Part shown: positions 1 through 10,329 of the stretch, piece after piece
Numbering within the stretch: the stretch's first letter is position 1
How the letters are laid out: the number at the start of each line of letters is the position of its first letter
Source of the DNA: an uncultured Gammaproteobacteria bacterium
GTDB lineage: Bacteria > Pseudomonadota > Gammaproteobacteria > Magnimaribacterales > D2472
Length of the DNA: 62,760 nucleotides
Reading direction: 5' to 3'
Assembly: GCA_964342675.1 (NCBI GenBank)
Contig: CAYFFR010000002.1
Coordinates: 1 to 62,760, forward strand
Position numbers and translations under genes: made by a program
The notes under the pieces: generated by a model
The model's input: the letters and a program-made list of their open reading frames with translations, nothing else
Database searches by the model: none
Told to the model about the DNA's origin: nothing

Positions 1-54
<54 letters not shown>

Positions 55-72
55 AAAAAAATTGGAAAATGC

Positions 73-101
73 ATTCTACCCTTCATTTTGTTAAGACACA
101 A
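73..101 (-). promoter_or_regulatory. candidate sigma70-type promoter for the tRNA-Ile transcript
   Basis: On the minus strand there is TTGTGT (101-96), a 17-nt spacer, then TAGAAT (78-73). The -10 element ends about 18 nt before the mature tRNA 5' end at 54. Such hexamers are easy to find by chance in AT-rich DNA. Confidence 0.3.
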
Positions 102-102
102 T

Positions 103-801
103 TTAATTCATACCTGCTTTCATAGACTTATATAAGGCATAAAAAAGATAGAATATTGGTAAAAGTAAAAAGTGCTTTATAAATACAAGCAGAACTAATG
201 ACACCATGTTAATACTACCTAGCACAAGGACTGTACTTGCAATCTGGGATACACCATAAAATATTAAAGATAAAAAAAATAGCTTTAAACCGTGTGCTTG
301 TGTAGCACTCCAAGAAAGAGCTAATGATTCTCCAGTATTTTTATTCTCAAACATAACATATGCAGGATATAAACCAAGTCTTGCAAACAAATAGAACCCC
401 GGAAGAATGAATAAAATAACACCTAACTGGAATGCAACAGACATGAGTATGAAACAGCCAAGCAAAGGAAGGAATTTCTTCAGGGATCTAGTAATGCATA
501 CAAAAGGATGAACCTTTGTTTTCTCTTCAATGGCTGCAAATGCTAGCATCATGGATCCATAAATAACTGTGTTTAAGACAATCAGAAATATTAGAAATAC
601 CAGAATAGGTAAAGATAAGCCACTCGACTCAATAACTTGAGTAACTTCGACTTGATTGTCCAGAAACGACCCCAAAGGAATGTCCAATTTTTGAAGAATG
701 TAGTAAAGAATCCAATCTAACAACAACAAAGGCAAAATGAGAACGATAAGAAAACTTGAATGGGTTAAAGAATAATTAATAGCACTAAAGAACTGTTTCA
801 T
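103..801 (-). CDS. polytopic inner-membrane protein, possibly UPF0259/YciC-like
   Basis: 232-aa ORF dominated by about six hydrophobic helices. The central segment (KKFLPLLGCFILMSVAFQLGVILFILPGFY...MFENKN) resembles YciC-type proteins from memory. No catalytic motif is present. Confidence 0.5.
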   Translation of the reverse strand: MKQFFSAINYSLTHSSFLIVLILPLLLLDWILYYILQKLDIPLGSFLDNQVEVTQVIESSGLSLPILVFLIFLIVLNTVIYGSMMLAFAAIEEKTKVHPFVCITRSLKKFLPLLGCFILMSVAFQLGVILFILPGFYLFARLGLYPAYVMFENKNTGESLALSWSATQAHGLKLFFLSLIFYGVSQIASTVLVLGSINMVSLVLLVFIKHFLLLPIFYLFYALYKSMKAGMN

Positions 802-809
802 ACAAGGTA

Positions 810-2000
810 CTATTTAATAGCGATCTTTTTAAATCTGCGCTTACCAACCTGATATAGGTTATTTGTATCCTTTGTAATAGCTAGTCTTGTATCGTCTACT
901 TTAACATCGTTAATCTTGACTGCGCCCTGTTTAATAAGCCTAAGAGCTTCGGAAGTACTCTTTACTAAACCAACGTCTTTTAAAAGATTGGGTAGAGGTA
1001 TGGATGCTTCTTCAATTACAACTTCTGCTTCCTCAATATCATCAGGGATATTTTTTTTCTGAAATTGGTTAATGAAATCTTCTTTTGCTTGATGGGCTTG
1101 GTCATCTGAATGGAATCGTGAGATTAACTCAATTGCTAACTCAATTTTTATATCTCTAGGATTTTTACCGTCTTTTTGTTCTGCTTTAAATTTATTGATA
1201 TCTTCTAAAGATCTAAAGCTTAATAGCTCAAACCAACGCCACATCAATTCATCTGAAATAGACATGATCTTACCGAACATATTTTTGGGTGACTCATTTA
1301 TTCCGACATAATTATCTAATGACTTAGACATTTTTTTGACTCCATCTAAACCCTCAAGGATTGGAACAGTCAGAACAATTTGAGGGTCCATATCAAAGGC
1401 CTTCTGAATTTCTCTGCCCACAAGTAGATTAAATTTTTGATCTGTACCTCCCAACTCGACATCAGCCTCTAAGAATACAGAGTCATAAGCTTGAACTAAT
1501 GGGTACAGAAGTTCATGTATAGAAATGCTCTGATTGGACTTATAGCGTTTATTGAAATCATCTCTCTCTAACATCCTGGCAAGGTTATATTTTGATGCAA
1601 GCTTAATAAATCCTTCAGCTCCTAACTGGTTACACCACTCAGAGTTAAATTTTATTGCGGTTTTTTTAGGATCAAGTATTTTATATATTTGGGTCTTATA
1701 AGTTTCTGCATTTACTTGAATTTCTTTTTCAGACAATGGTGGGCGAGTTTTGTTCTTGCCTGAAGGATCGCCAATCATGCCAGTAAAATCACCGATAACA
1801 AATATGACCTTATGTCCTAGATCTTGAAAATGCTTCATTTTATTGATCAAAACAGTATGGCCAAGATGGAGGTCCGGTGCTGTTGGATCAAAGCCAACTT
1901 TTACAGTAAGTTGTGTGTTTGCAGAGAGCTTCTGCTTCAAGCTATCTTCTCCGATTAACTCGTCAATTCCGCGGTTAATCGTTTCTAAGGCCTTTTTCAT
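810..2000 (-). CDS. tyrS: tyrosine--tRNA ligase (type 2, TyrZ-like)
   Basis: HIGH-type motif (DLHLGHTV), KMSKS loop (KKMSKS) and a C-terminal S4-like RNA-binding domain ([13 protein letters not shown]). 396 aa. Confidence 0.95.
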   Translation of the reverse strand: MKKALETINRGIDELIGEDSLKQKLSANTQLTVKVGFDPTAPDLHLGHTVLINKMKHFQDLGHKVIFVIGDFTGMIGDPSGKNKTRPPLSEKEIQVNAETYKTQIYKILDPKKTAIKFNSEWCNQLGAEGFIKLASKYNLARMLERDDFNKRYKSNQSISIHELLYPLVQAYDSVFLEADVELGGTDQKFNLLVGREIQKAFDMDPQIVLTVPILEGLDGVKKMSKSLDNYVGINESPKNMFGKIMSISDELMWRWFELLSFRSLEDINKFKAEQKDGKNPRDIKIELAIELISRFHSDDQAHQAKEDFINQFQKKNIPDDIEEAEVVIEEASIPLPNLLKDVGLVKSTSEALRLIKQGAVKINDVKVDDTRLAITKDTNNLYQVGKRRFKKIAIK

Positions 2001-2040
2001 ATCGTTTTATTATATTATTTAAATGAAAAAAAAGATTTTC

Positions 2041-2056
2041 TAATTGATATCAATTA
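2041..2056. promoter_or_regulatory. 16-bp perfect palindrome TAATTGATATCAATTA in the divergent tyrS / sulfotransferase spacer (candidate operator)
   Basis: Read directly: TAATTGAT followed by its reverse complement ATCAATTA. It is centred in an 82-nt divergent promoter region. Confidence 0.35.
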
Positions 2057-2082
2057 CAAAAATGTTAAAACTAGCCTAATTT

Positions 2083-3804
2083 ATGCAAAAAATTAAAGCC
2101 CAAGACCTTATCAATGAGGCTACAACACTTCAAAGCACTGGAAAACTAGATGAAGCTCTAGAAATATATACGCTTTTATTAGATAACATGCCTGAGAATG
2201 CATCAATAATTTGCAATATTGGTAACATTCATCGATCAAAAGGTAATCAAGACTTGGCTTTGGAATTTCTTAATAGAGCTCATACTATTGACCAGAGTGC
2301 AGGATATAAGGTTAATTTATCAAATATTTATAAGGATATCGGTCAATTTAATGATGCTAAGAAGCTTTTAGATGATGCTTTAAAGGAAAAAAAATTAACA
2401 AAGAAATACATTGTTCTTAACAATCTTGGTGCTATTAATAGGGAACTAGGGCTTATAAAAGATGCACTAGATAACTTTAAGGAGGCTATATTAATCAATC
2501 CTGATTATGTACCTGCCATTATCAATCTTGCAAACCTATATAAAGATGAAAAGACTGAGCAATACTTTCAAGCAGAAGAATTATATTTAAAGGTTATCGA
2601 AAAAGACCCGAATCTAATCGCGGTCTATGCTCACTTAATGGATTTTTATGATAAAACAAATCGGCTAGAAGAAATGGAGCAAGTGATACAGACTGCACCT
2701 GATAATATTAGAATGAATGATGCATTTAGAATTTATGAAAGCTTATTCTTATTTAGGCGCGGAAATTATCAAGGCGCTAATGAAGTGCTTGAATCAATCA
2801 ACTGTGAAAACTCCACTGACAGTCGTTTAAAACAATTAGAGGGTAAACGACTGAATCTTCTTGCAAAAACTAAAGATAAACTAAGAGATTATTCGCAAGC
2901 ATTTGAATTATATAAAAAAGCAAACGTTTACTATTCACAATTACCAAAAAATAAATACATAAATAAAAAGAGATTTAAAGAAATTGTCTCGGTTCGTAAA
3001 AATTTCTTTAAAGACTTTAAGATAGAAAATTTGGATCAAAAATTGCTAACTCACAGTGATGAAAAAAAAGTTTTTATAATTGGGTTTCCTAGATCTGGAA
3101 CTACGCTTATTGATAGTATTCTGACATCTCATAGCTTAATAGAATCAATTGAAGAGCGACCCATGGTTGTAAGAATGATTAGAGAGAATGCAAAAGACTT
3201 AATGCAAATTGACTACTTTAACCATTTAAATAAAGAATCTATATTGCAAGGCGTATCTGCTTATGAAAAAGAAATGAATAAACACATTAATAATCAGAAT
3301 CTACATATTGATAGGCACCCTTTTAATACAGTCTATGTTGCTGAAATACTCATGCATTATCCAAATGCAAAGTTTATATTCATGATCAGGAACCCTTTGG
3401 ATTGCGTACTAAGTAGTTATATGCAATATTTTAGGTTAACCTCAGCTACTGCAAACCTCATTGATATTGAAGATACAGCATCAATATACTCAGATATCAT
3501 GGAGTTATGGGAAATATATCAGCAAAAATTCAAAGTTGATCATATTGTCATTAGATACGAAGATATTGTTAAAGACCTCAAAAGTACGAGCTTGGATGTA
3601 TTGGGATACTTGGGGTATGAATGGGAAGAAAATATGCTCTCGTTTGATGAAAATGCAAAAACAAAAAAGATAAATACTGCAAGTTATGATCAAGTTACAC
3701 AACCAATATACAATCAGTCGGTTAATAAATGGAAGTTATATTCTAAAGAGCTCGATAAAGTTTCGAACATATTAGAACCATGGATAAATAAATTAAATTA
3801 TTAA
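2083..3804 (+). CDS. TPR-repeat / sulfotransferase fusion protein
   Basis: The N-terminal roughly 200 aa show TPR-like repeats (LDEALEIYTLLL..., ALEFLNRAHTID..., ALDNFKEAILINPDY). The C-terminal domain has the PAPS 5'-phosphosulfate-binding loop (GFPRSGTTL) and a later MIRNPLDCVLSSY segment typical of sulfotransferases. Confidence 0.8.
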   Translation: MQKIKAQDLINEATTLQSTGKLDEALEIYTLLLDNMPENASIICNIGNIHRSKGNQDLALEFLNRAHTIDQSAGYKVNLSNIYKDIGQFNDAKKLLDDALKEKKLTKKYIVLNNLGAINRELGLIKDALDNFKEAILINPDYVPAIINLANLYKDEKTEQYFQAEELYLKVIEKDPNLIAVYAHLMDFYDKTNRLEEMEQVIQTAPDNIRMNDAFRIYESLFLFRRGNYQGANEVLESINCENSTDSRLKQLEGKRLNLLAKTKDKLRDYSQAFELYKKANVYYSQLPKNKYINKKRFKEIVSVRKNFFKDFKIENLDQKLLTHSDEKKVFIIGFPRSGTTLIDSILTSHSLIESIEERPMVVRMIRENAKDLMQIDYFNHLNKESILQGVSAYEKEMNKHINNQNLHIDRHPFNTVYVAEILMHYPNAKFIFMIRNPLDCVLSSYMQYFRLTSATANLIDIEDTASIYSDIMELWEIYQQKFKVDHIVIRYEDIVKDLKSTSLDVLGYLGYEWEENMLSFDENAKTKKINTASYDQVTQPIYNQSVNKWKLYSKELDKVSNILEPWINKLNY

Positions 3805-3811
3805 GGACATT

Positions 3812-4504
3812 ATGAATAATAAAAAACTAGGCTTTTCATTCTTGCCAAATATAAGAGGATTAAAAATTCAAAATGAAGAAAATTTATTCCCGGTTGCTAG
3901 AATTTTCTGCATTGCTAAAAACTACATCAAGCATGCAGATGAGATGCAATCTCAGGTTGAGGAGAATGAACCCTACTTTTTCTCTAAATATCCTGAGTCT
4001 ATAACTCAAGTAGAAAAAATGAATTTCCCTCATAACACAGAGCTCTTGCATCATGAGGTTGAACTCGTTGTTTTTTTGAAAGATGGGGGGAAAAATATTC
4101 CAAAAGAAAAAGCTAAAGATTGTATTTTTGGTTACGCAGTTGGTGTTGATTTAACCAAGCGCGATCTGCAATTTAAAGCTATAGAAAATGGAAATTCTTG
4201 GGAGATATCTAAGTCCTTCTTTCAATCGGCTCCTATTTCTAAGATTAAACAGCTCGAGGGGGAGATTATTTCTAATAAAAAAATTATTCTTTCTATTAAT
4301 GGAGAAGAAAAACAATCAGCCAATATTGATGATATGGTCTGGAAAATCGATGATTTAATTAGTTTTCTATCAAAATATAATACTTTAAAGTCTGGAGATA
4401 TTATTTTTACAGGAACTCCTGAAGGGGTTGGTGCCATTGATAAGGGGGATACTCTCAATGCTTCTATTGAGGACATAGGAGAGATGCAAATAGTTATACA
4501 ATAA
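3812..4504 (+). CDS. fumarylacetoacetate hydrolase (FAH) family protein, YcgM-like
   Basis: 230 aa with FAH-fold signatures (HHEVELVVFL, GYAVGVDLTKRDLQ, GDIIFTGTPEGVG). Confidence 0.8.
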   Translation: MNNKKLGFSFLPNIRGLKIQNEENLFPVARIFCIAKNYIKHADEMQSQVEENEPYFFSKYPESITQVEKMNFPHNTELLHHEVELVVFLKDGGKNIPKEKAKDCIFGYAVGVDLTKRDLQFKAIENGNSWEISKSFFQSAPISKIKQLEGEIISNKKIILSINGEEKQSANIDDMVWKIDDLISFLSKYNTLKSGDIIFTGTPEGVGAIDKGDTLNASIEDIGEMQIVIQ

Positions 4505-4545
4505 TCTAGCAAGCCAACTCTATATTTTTCTATTAAAATGGTCAG

Positions 4546-7500
4546 GTGCACCGTATTGAAGGAAAATTCAAAAATCAAAATGAAATTGCTAAAGACCTGA
4601 TCAATCAATCAGACTTCCTTAAGCAATCTACCATCTCAGAAGATGCTGAAAGAGTTATTTCTTATTGTAGAAATAATAAAAACCAAAGAAGTATGATGGA
4701 TGCTTTTATGGAAGAATATGGTCTTTCAAACCAAGAGGGAATTGCGTTGATGTGTTTGGCTGAATCGTTAATTCGCATTCCTGATGATGACACTAGAAAT
4801 GAGCTGATTAATGAAAAGCTAACCTCGTCTAAATGGTCAGAACATCTTAATCAATCAGACAGTTTTTTAGTAAATTCTGCAACATGGGGTCTTTTAATTG
4901 CAAAAAAATTCCTACAATTTAGCCCCACAGGGTCGGATAACTGGTTAATTAATTTAAGTAAAAAAGTTGGAGAGGCGCCTATAAGAGAAGCAATACAAAT
5001 TGCTATGAAAATCTTGGGTAAAGAATTTGTCTGTGGAAAAAGCATTAAAGATATAGATAAATCGCAGATCATCCAATCTCACATATGTTCATTCGATATG
5101 CTGGGTGAGGCAGCTAGAACAAATCAACAAAGCGAGCAATATTATAATGCTTATTTAGAAGCTATTATCACAACAGGAATCCTAAACAAGAAAAATAATA
5201 CATCACATGGTATTTCAATAAAGCTGTCTGCGCTCCATCCAAAATATAATGCATTACATGAACAAGATGTAAGAAAGATACTGTTCCCTAGAATTAAAAC
5301 ATTAATAAATGCTGCTATGGAGCATGATGTTGAAATTACAATAGATGCCGAAGAACAAGATAGACTTTCTTTAAGTCTACAAATTTTTGAAGAATTATCG
5401 CTTCAAAAAGATATTAAATCATGGCCTAAATTAGGAATTGCACTTCAGGCTTATGGTAAGAGGGCCATTCAAGTGATTAACAGTCTTAATAAATGGCTTG
5501 GCAAGAGAGATAAAATCCATGTCAGATTAGTGAAAGGTGCCTATTGGGACTATGAAATTAAAAATGCACAACTGAATGGATATCAAGACTATTCTGTGTT
5601 TACTAATAAATCTCTTACGGACCTAAATTACCTAGTAAGCGCCAAACACTTAATCGATTCTCCAAAAATTATTCCTTATTTTGCAAGTCATAATGCTTAT
5701 ACAATTTCAGCCATTATGAAAATGGCAGGATCAAATCAATTTGAATTTCAAAGATTATTTGGCATGGGAGAATTATTATTTAAAGCATGCAATGAGATCT
5801 TCAAAGATTTTAATAATACTCGAGTATATTGCCCAGTTGGTGAACATAAAGACCTCTTGCCTTATTTAGTAAGGAGGTTATTAGAAAATGGTGCAAATAG
5901 CTCATTTGTGAATCAGATATTTAATGAAAAGATTGGTGTAGACCAATTATCAAAGAATCCAGTAAATATAATTAAAGAAAAAATAGAACAGAATAAATTA
6001 TCAAAATTAAAGTTGCCTAATGAAATATTCCTACCTCGCATCAATTCAAGGGGTTTTGATTTAACTGAGCCAGATTCAATAAAACATTTAAGAAATGAGA
6101 TCAATAGATGCGCTGAAATAAACTTCAAAGCTAGTGGCTCTCTTCAAAATTCCAAGAGCAAAGACATTCTTAAGACTGTCAATGAATTAGGAACCAAGAA
6201 TAAAATTGGTGAAGTTAGATTCGATCATTCAAAAGAAATAGAGACTATTAATGTCCTGCCCTCAAAGGAGTGGTCCAATTCTTCAATAGATCATCGTAGC
6301 GGGGTTTTAAATCAAGTTGCTGATGATATTGAACAAAATCCAGAAAAGTTTTTATATCTATTGATCAATGAAGCAGGTAAAACTATACAAGATGCATGTG
6401 ATGAGATCAGAGAGACTGTTGACTTAATCAGATACTACGCTTTAGAGGTAAAAAAATATGATGTTCAGCATGAAATGCCTGGGCCAACGGGAGAAAAAAA
6501 CTTTCTATCCTTTCAACCTAAAGGTCTAGTGCTGTGTATTAGTCCTTGGAACTTTCCACTGGCAATAACCTTAGGTCAAATCATGGCTAGTCTCGTAACC
6601 GGGAACTCTGTCATTGCAAAACCGTCAGAACATACCTCAATTATTGCATCTGAAGCGATAAATCTTTTACATAAGAATGGAATCCCAAAAAATGCACTTA
6701 CGCTAATTCTAGGGAAAGGTGATGTAGCTAAATCAATCATTAAATCGCAGAACATTGATTTGGTCGTTTTCACAGGTTCTATTAAAACTGCAAGAAATAT
6801 TCAAATAACACTTGCTAAAAAAGATGGAAAAATAGTCCCGTTAATTGCAGAAACTGGTGGACTAAATGCAATGGTAATTGATTCAAGCGCATTGCTAGAA
6901 CAAGCCTGTGATGACGTTATTAGATCAGCCTTTAATTCATCTGGACAAAGATGCTCTGCATTAAGGCTTTTATTGGTGGATAAGGTGATTGATGCGGAAT
7001 TAACAATGATGTTGCAAGGAGCAATGGATGAGCTGAATGTAGGAAAGCCATCTGAAAACTCTACAGATATGGGTCCTATAATTAATAGACAAGCATTAAT
7101 TAAACTCAATAAGTATGTTGCATCACAGAAAAGTTGTGGTTTAGAAGTATACCAATCTATGATGAGCCCCAAACTAAAATCACATTGGATGCCTCCTACA
7201 ATGATCAAAATAAAGAATATAAATGATTTAAACTCAGAAGAGTTTGGTCCCATACTTCATGTGCTGTCATACAATCAAAAAAATTTGAGTGCATATTTAA
7301 GCCAACTTAAAGATAAGGGGTTTGGTTTAACTTTTGGTGTGCATTCTCGCATAGAATCCAAGGCCTTAAATACAGCTGAAATCATTGCGGCTGGCAATAC
7401 TTATATAAATAGAGATATGATTGGTGCTGCAGTAGAATCTCAACCTTTTGGTGGTATTGGGCTTTCTGGTTCAGGCTTTAAAGCTGGTGGTCCCAACTAT

Positions 7501-7614
7501 CTAATACAATTCTTAAATGAAACTGCCACATCAGTCAATACAGTTGCAATAGGTGGAAATGCAGAACTATTAAATCTAGAATCATTCGATGGCGATCCTA
7601 AGAAGAATAAATAA
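4546..7614 (+). CDS. putA: bifunctional proline dehydrogenase / 1-pyrroline-5-carboxylate dehydrogenase, without the N-terminal RHH DNA-binding domain
   Basis: 1022 aa. The PRODH arm and barrel (EGIALMCLAESLIRIPD, VRLVKGAYWD, SHNA, YLVRRLLENGANSSF) are followed by an ALDH domain (FTGS, AETGGLNA, catalytic Cys in SGQRCSA). A GTG start is assumed. Confidence 0.9.
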   Translation: MHRIEGKFKNQNEIAKDLINQSDFLKQSTISEDAERVISYCRNNKNQRSMMDAFMEEYGLSNQEGIALMCLAESLIRIPDDDTRNELINEKLTSSKWSEHLNQSDSFLVNSATWGLLIAKKFLQFSPTGSDNWLINLSKKVGEAPIREAIQIAMKILGKEFVCGKSIKDIDKSQIIQSHICSFDMLGEAARTNQQSEQYYNAYLEAIITTGILNKKNNTSHGISIKLSALHPKYNALHEQDVRKILFPRIKTLINAAMEHDVEITIDAEEQDRLSLSLQIFEELSLQKDIKSWPKLGIALQAYGKRAIQVINSLNKWLGKRDKIHVRLVKGAYWDYEIKNAQLNGYQDYSVFTNKSLTDLNYLVSAKHLIDSPKIIPYFASHNAYTISAIMKMAGSNQFEFQRLFGMGELLFKACNEIFKDFNNTRVYCPVGEHKDLLPYLVRRLLENGANSSFVNQIFNEKIGVDQLSKNPVNIIKEKIEQNKLSKLKLPNEIFLPRINSRGFDLTEPDSIKHLRNEINRCAEINFKASGSLQNSKSKDILKTVNELGTKNKIGEVRFDHSKEIETINVLPSKEWSNSSIDHRSGVLNQVADDIEQNPEKFLYLLINEAGKTIQDACDEIRETVDLIRYYALEVKKYDVQHEMPGPTGEKNFLSFQPKGLVLCISPWNFPLAITLGQIMASLVTGNSVIAKPSEHTSIIASEAINLLHKNGIPKNALTLILGKGDVAKSIIKSQNIDLVVFTGSIKTARNIQITLAKKDGKIVPLIAETGGLNAMVIDSSALLEQACDDVIRSAFNSSGQRCSALRLLLVDKVIDAELTMMLQGAMDELNVGKPSENSTDMGPIINRQALIKLNKYVASQKSCGLEVYQSMMSPKLKSHWMPPTMIKIKNINDLNSEEFGPILHVLSYNQKNLSAYLSQLKDKGFGLTFGVHSRIESKALNTAEIIAAGNTYINRDMIGAAVESQPFGGIGLSGSGFKAGGPNYLIQFLNETATSVNTVAIGGNAELLNLESFDGDPKKNK

Positions 7615-8845
7615 AAGGGTTGGTTATATACTTATTGTTGCTCTTGCATCATTAAGCATAATCATTTTCCTCGGATATGACGAGGAACAAATGCCCCCTG
7701 AGATTGTCATATCCTCATCCGAGAATGTATCAGTAGAACTCAACCAAGTTACCAATCAACAGATCCACATAGTGAAAGATGGAGAAAGCATGACCGAAAT
7801 ATTTGAAATGTATGAAATTCCACTTAACTTAACTTACAGAATTCTAAAAAGCCCTTATAAAAATAAACTAACAAATATAATTCCTGGTGAAGAGTTTCGT
7901 TTTATGTTTAATGGACAGAAACTCGAAAAAATTATTCTGAAGAAAAATGAATACCAATCCATTGAGATAATTAATCGTAAAAAACCTATTTATAATGAAA
8001 TTAAAAAGACGCCGAATCTTATAAATAGTTTCAGAACGGGCTTAATTACTTCTAGTTTTTATGAAGCGGGAATAGAAAGTGATATTCCCGATAGTGTGAT
8101 CATGGATCTAGCCTATATTTTTGGGTGGGATATAGACTTTGTTTATGACATTAGAGACGGTGATAAATTTAGAGTATTGTATGAGACGGCTTTTATTGAT
8201 GGTCAAATAGTAGAGAACGGTAGTATTCTTTATGCAGAGTTCTTTAATCAGGATAAAAAATATATAGCCATAAGATATAAGAATGCTTCGGATAAATATG
8301 AGTATTACGATGAAAATGGTAGAAGTATTAAAAAAGCATTTCTTAGAGCGCCCTTAGATTTTGCTTATATTAGCTCACACTTTAATCCAAGGAGAATGCA
8401 CCCAATTCTTAATAGAATAAGAGCACATAATGGGGTTGATTATGCGGCATCACGCAATACCCCCATTAGAGCTACTGGATCGGGAATTATAATCTTTCAG
8501 GGTCGTAGGGGTGGTTACGGAAGAACGATAGAGATTCGTCATGGAGGTGAAATAACAACTCTGTATGCCCACCTAGAAAGATTTAATCCAAAGTATAAGG
8601 TTGGATCAAAAGTTGAACAAGGAGCTACTATAGGCTATGTTGGAGATTCAGGCCAAGCCACCGGTCCCCACCTGCACTATGAGTTTAAAGTTGGGAATAA
8701 TAGATCTGATCCGGTTAGAGTGGAACTCCCAAATGACAAGCCTATACCAAAAGAAAGAATGCAAGAATTTATAATTGAAAAAAATAAATTTAAAGAGATT
8801 TCAGATACACTGACGATAAAAGATTTAAATGCCAAAGAGTTCTAA
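7589..8845 (+). CDS. M23 family murein DD-endopeptidase (MepM/YebA-like) with N-terminal anchor and LysM/OapA-like segment
   Basis: N-terminal TM helix, HIVKDGESMTEIF (LysM/OapA-like), and M23 metal ligands HNGVDYAA and GPHLHYEF. Overlaps the putA end by 26 nt. Confidence 0.9.
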   Translation: MAILRRINKRVGYILIVALASLSIIIFLGYDEEQMPPEIVISSSENVSVELNQVTNQQIHIVKDGESMTEIFEMYEIPLNLTYRILKSPYKNKLTNIIPGEEFRFMFNGQKLEKIILKKNEYQSIEIINRKKPIYNEIKKTPNLINSFRTGLITSSFYEAGIESDIPDSVIMDLAYIFGWDIDFVYDIRDGDKFRVLYETAFIDGQIVENGSILYAEFFNQDKKYIAIRYKNASDKYEYYDENGRSIKKAFLRAPLDFAYISSHFNPRRMHPILNRIRAHNGVDYAASRNTPIRATGSGIIIFQGRRGGYGRTIEIRHGGEITTLYAHLERFNPKYKVGSKVEQGATIGYVGDSGQATGPHLHYEFKVGNNRSDPVRVELPNDKPIPKERMQEFIIEKNKFKEISDTLTIKDLNAKEF

Positions 8846-9926
8846 AAATATTTACATAGGCACTATGAGTGGAACTAGCGCTGATTCAATTGAGGCAGTG
8901 GCAGTGTGTTTTAAGAATAATCAGGTTGAATTGTTGGGTCTAAGATCTAGAAGAATTAAACCACAAATACAAACTATCATTAACCAGCTTGCTAGTAATC
9001 AGAAAATTGAAATGAGTTTGTACGGAAAGATCAATCGAATGATTGCGTCTGAATTTGGAGAATGCGTTAATGATTTAATTAAAAAAATGAATATTAAATC
9101 ACCAGAGATTCGCGGCATTGGATTCTCTGGTCAAACAGTATGGCATCATCCATTAGGCAAATTCCCATTCTCAATTCAATTAGGTGAACCTAACTTCTTA
9201 GCTGAAAAAACTCAAATACCTGTGGTAAGTAATTTTAGGAATTCACATATTGCTCTGGGTGGAGAAGGGGCTCCCTTAGTCACAGATTTTCATAGCTTCC
9301 TATTCAGAAAAAAACAGCCAGCCATCATCATAAATGTTGGTGGGATATCCAATTTTTCTTTTATAAGCAAACAAAGAGTTCTTGGTTCAGACCTGGGTCC
9401 AGGCAATGCATTAATGGATGCATATTGTCAAAGATTTCTTAAAATTAATTTTGATAGGAAAGGTAAGCTTGCTGCATCTGGAAAAGTAGATAAGAGAAGC
9501 ATAAATATCATGGGAAGAGATAAATTCTTCAAACTGAAACATCCTAAATCTACAGGTAAAGAATTATTCAATCTATCCTTTATCCCTAAGTCCTTAATAA
9601 AAAAAAGCCCTGAAGATATATTGGCAACCCTTAGTTATTTCACAGCATTGACTATATCAATTGGAATAAAAGATTATCAATTTGGCTTAAAACAAGCGTA
9701 TATATGTGGCGGTGGTGCTTATAATGATTTTTTAGTTAAACAGATCAAAGAGCTGTCTGGATTGGATATACATTCTACTACTCATATTGGTTTTGATCCA
9801 AAATCAATAGAGGCTATGGCATTTGCATGGTTAGCTAAAATGAGGCTAGAAAAGAAAACATTGCCGGTCAGGAGTAAAAAGAATGTAACTTCAGGCTTAT
9901 TGGGCTCAATAACTCAAATTAGATAG
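8829..9926 (+). CDS. anmK: anhydro-N-acetylmuramic acid kinase
   Basis: 365 aa with N-terminal YIGTMSGTSADSIE (the GxMSGTSxDG-type start of AnmK). It sits between the M23 peptidase and erpA, as in Pseudomonas-type synteny. Confidence 0.85.
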   Translation: MPKSSKNIYIGTMSGTSADSIEAVAVCFKNNQVELLGLRSRRIKPQIQTIINQLASNQKIEMSLYGKINRMIASEFGECVNDLIKKMNIKSPEIRGIGFSGQTVWHHPLGKFPFSIQLGEPNFLAEKTQIPVVSNFRNSHIALGGEGAPLVTDFHSFLFRKKQPAIIINVGGISNFSFISKQRVLGSDLGPGNALMDAYCQRFLKINFDRKGKLAASGKVDKRSINIMGRDKFFKLKHPKSTGKELFNLSFIPKSLIKKSPEDILATLSYFTALTISIGIKDYQFGLKQAYICGGGAYNDFLVKQIKELSGLDIHSTTHIGFDPKSIEAMAFAWLAKMRLEKKTLPVRSKKNVTSGLLGSITQIR

Positions 9927-10251
9927 CAAAAGACTCTCCACAACCACAGGTCGTCTTCGCATTAGGGTTATTAACAAAGAATCTTGATCCCGCTAAGTCC
10001 TCTAAATAATCCAAGGTTGAACCATAAAGATAAGGATAAGATAAAGCATCTAATAATATTGAAAAATCGTTAAATCCAACAACTTCATCATCAAAAGCAA
10101 CATCAGAATCAAATTTAAAGCCATACTGAAAACCAGAGCACCCTCCTCCAGTCACATAGATTCTAAACTGATTTGTATCAGATGCTGTTGATAGCTCAAG
10201 TATCCTTTTTTTAGCTTCGTCAGTTAAACTGATTGAGGTTTTACTTTCCAT
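9919..10251 (-). CDS. erpA: A-type iron-sulfur cluster insertion protein
   Basis: 110 aa HesB/IscA fold with Cys in GGGCSGFQY and the C-terminal CGCGESF motif. Confidence 0.9.
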   Translation of the reverse strand: MESKTSISLTDEAKKRILELSTASDTNQFRIYVTGGGCSGFQYGFKFDSDVAFDDEVVGFNDFSILLDALSYPYLYGSTLDYLEDLAGSRFFVNNPNAKTTCGCGESFAI

Positions 10252-10329
10252 AACTTATTTATAAGGATAAATTTCGTGCCATCAAGGTTAATCATAACAA
10301 TTATCTTTTATAACAGCTAAAATAAACCT

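Noticed and set aside
6801-7253. 150-aa antisense ORF inside putA. Similar cases are 4222-4608 (128 aa), 53213-53593 (126 aa), 24185-24478 and 25034-25315.
   Set aside because: These lie entirely, or in the case of 4222-4608 and 24185-24478 largely, within well-supported genes on the other strand, with no recognisable motifs and no SD. Long shadow ORFs in the antisense frame of real genes are expected. I cannot exclude overlapping genes, but nothing supports them.
4546-7614. PutA at 1022 aa as a truncated pseudogene
   Set aside because: Both catalytic domains are complete and the frame is uninterrupted. Only the optional N-terminal RHH DNA-binding domain is absent, a known natural PutA architecture.
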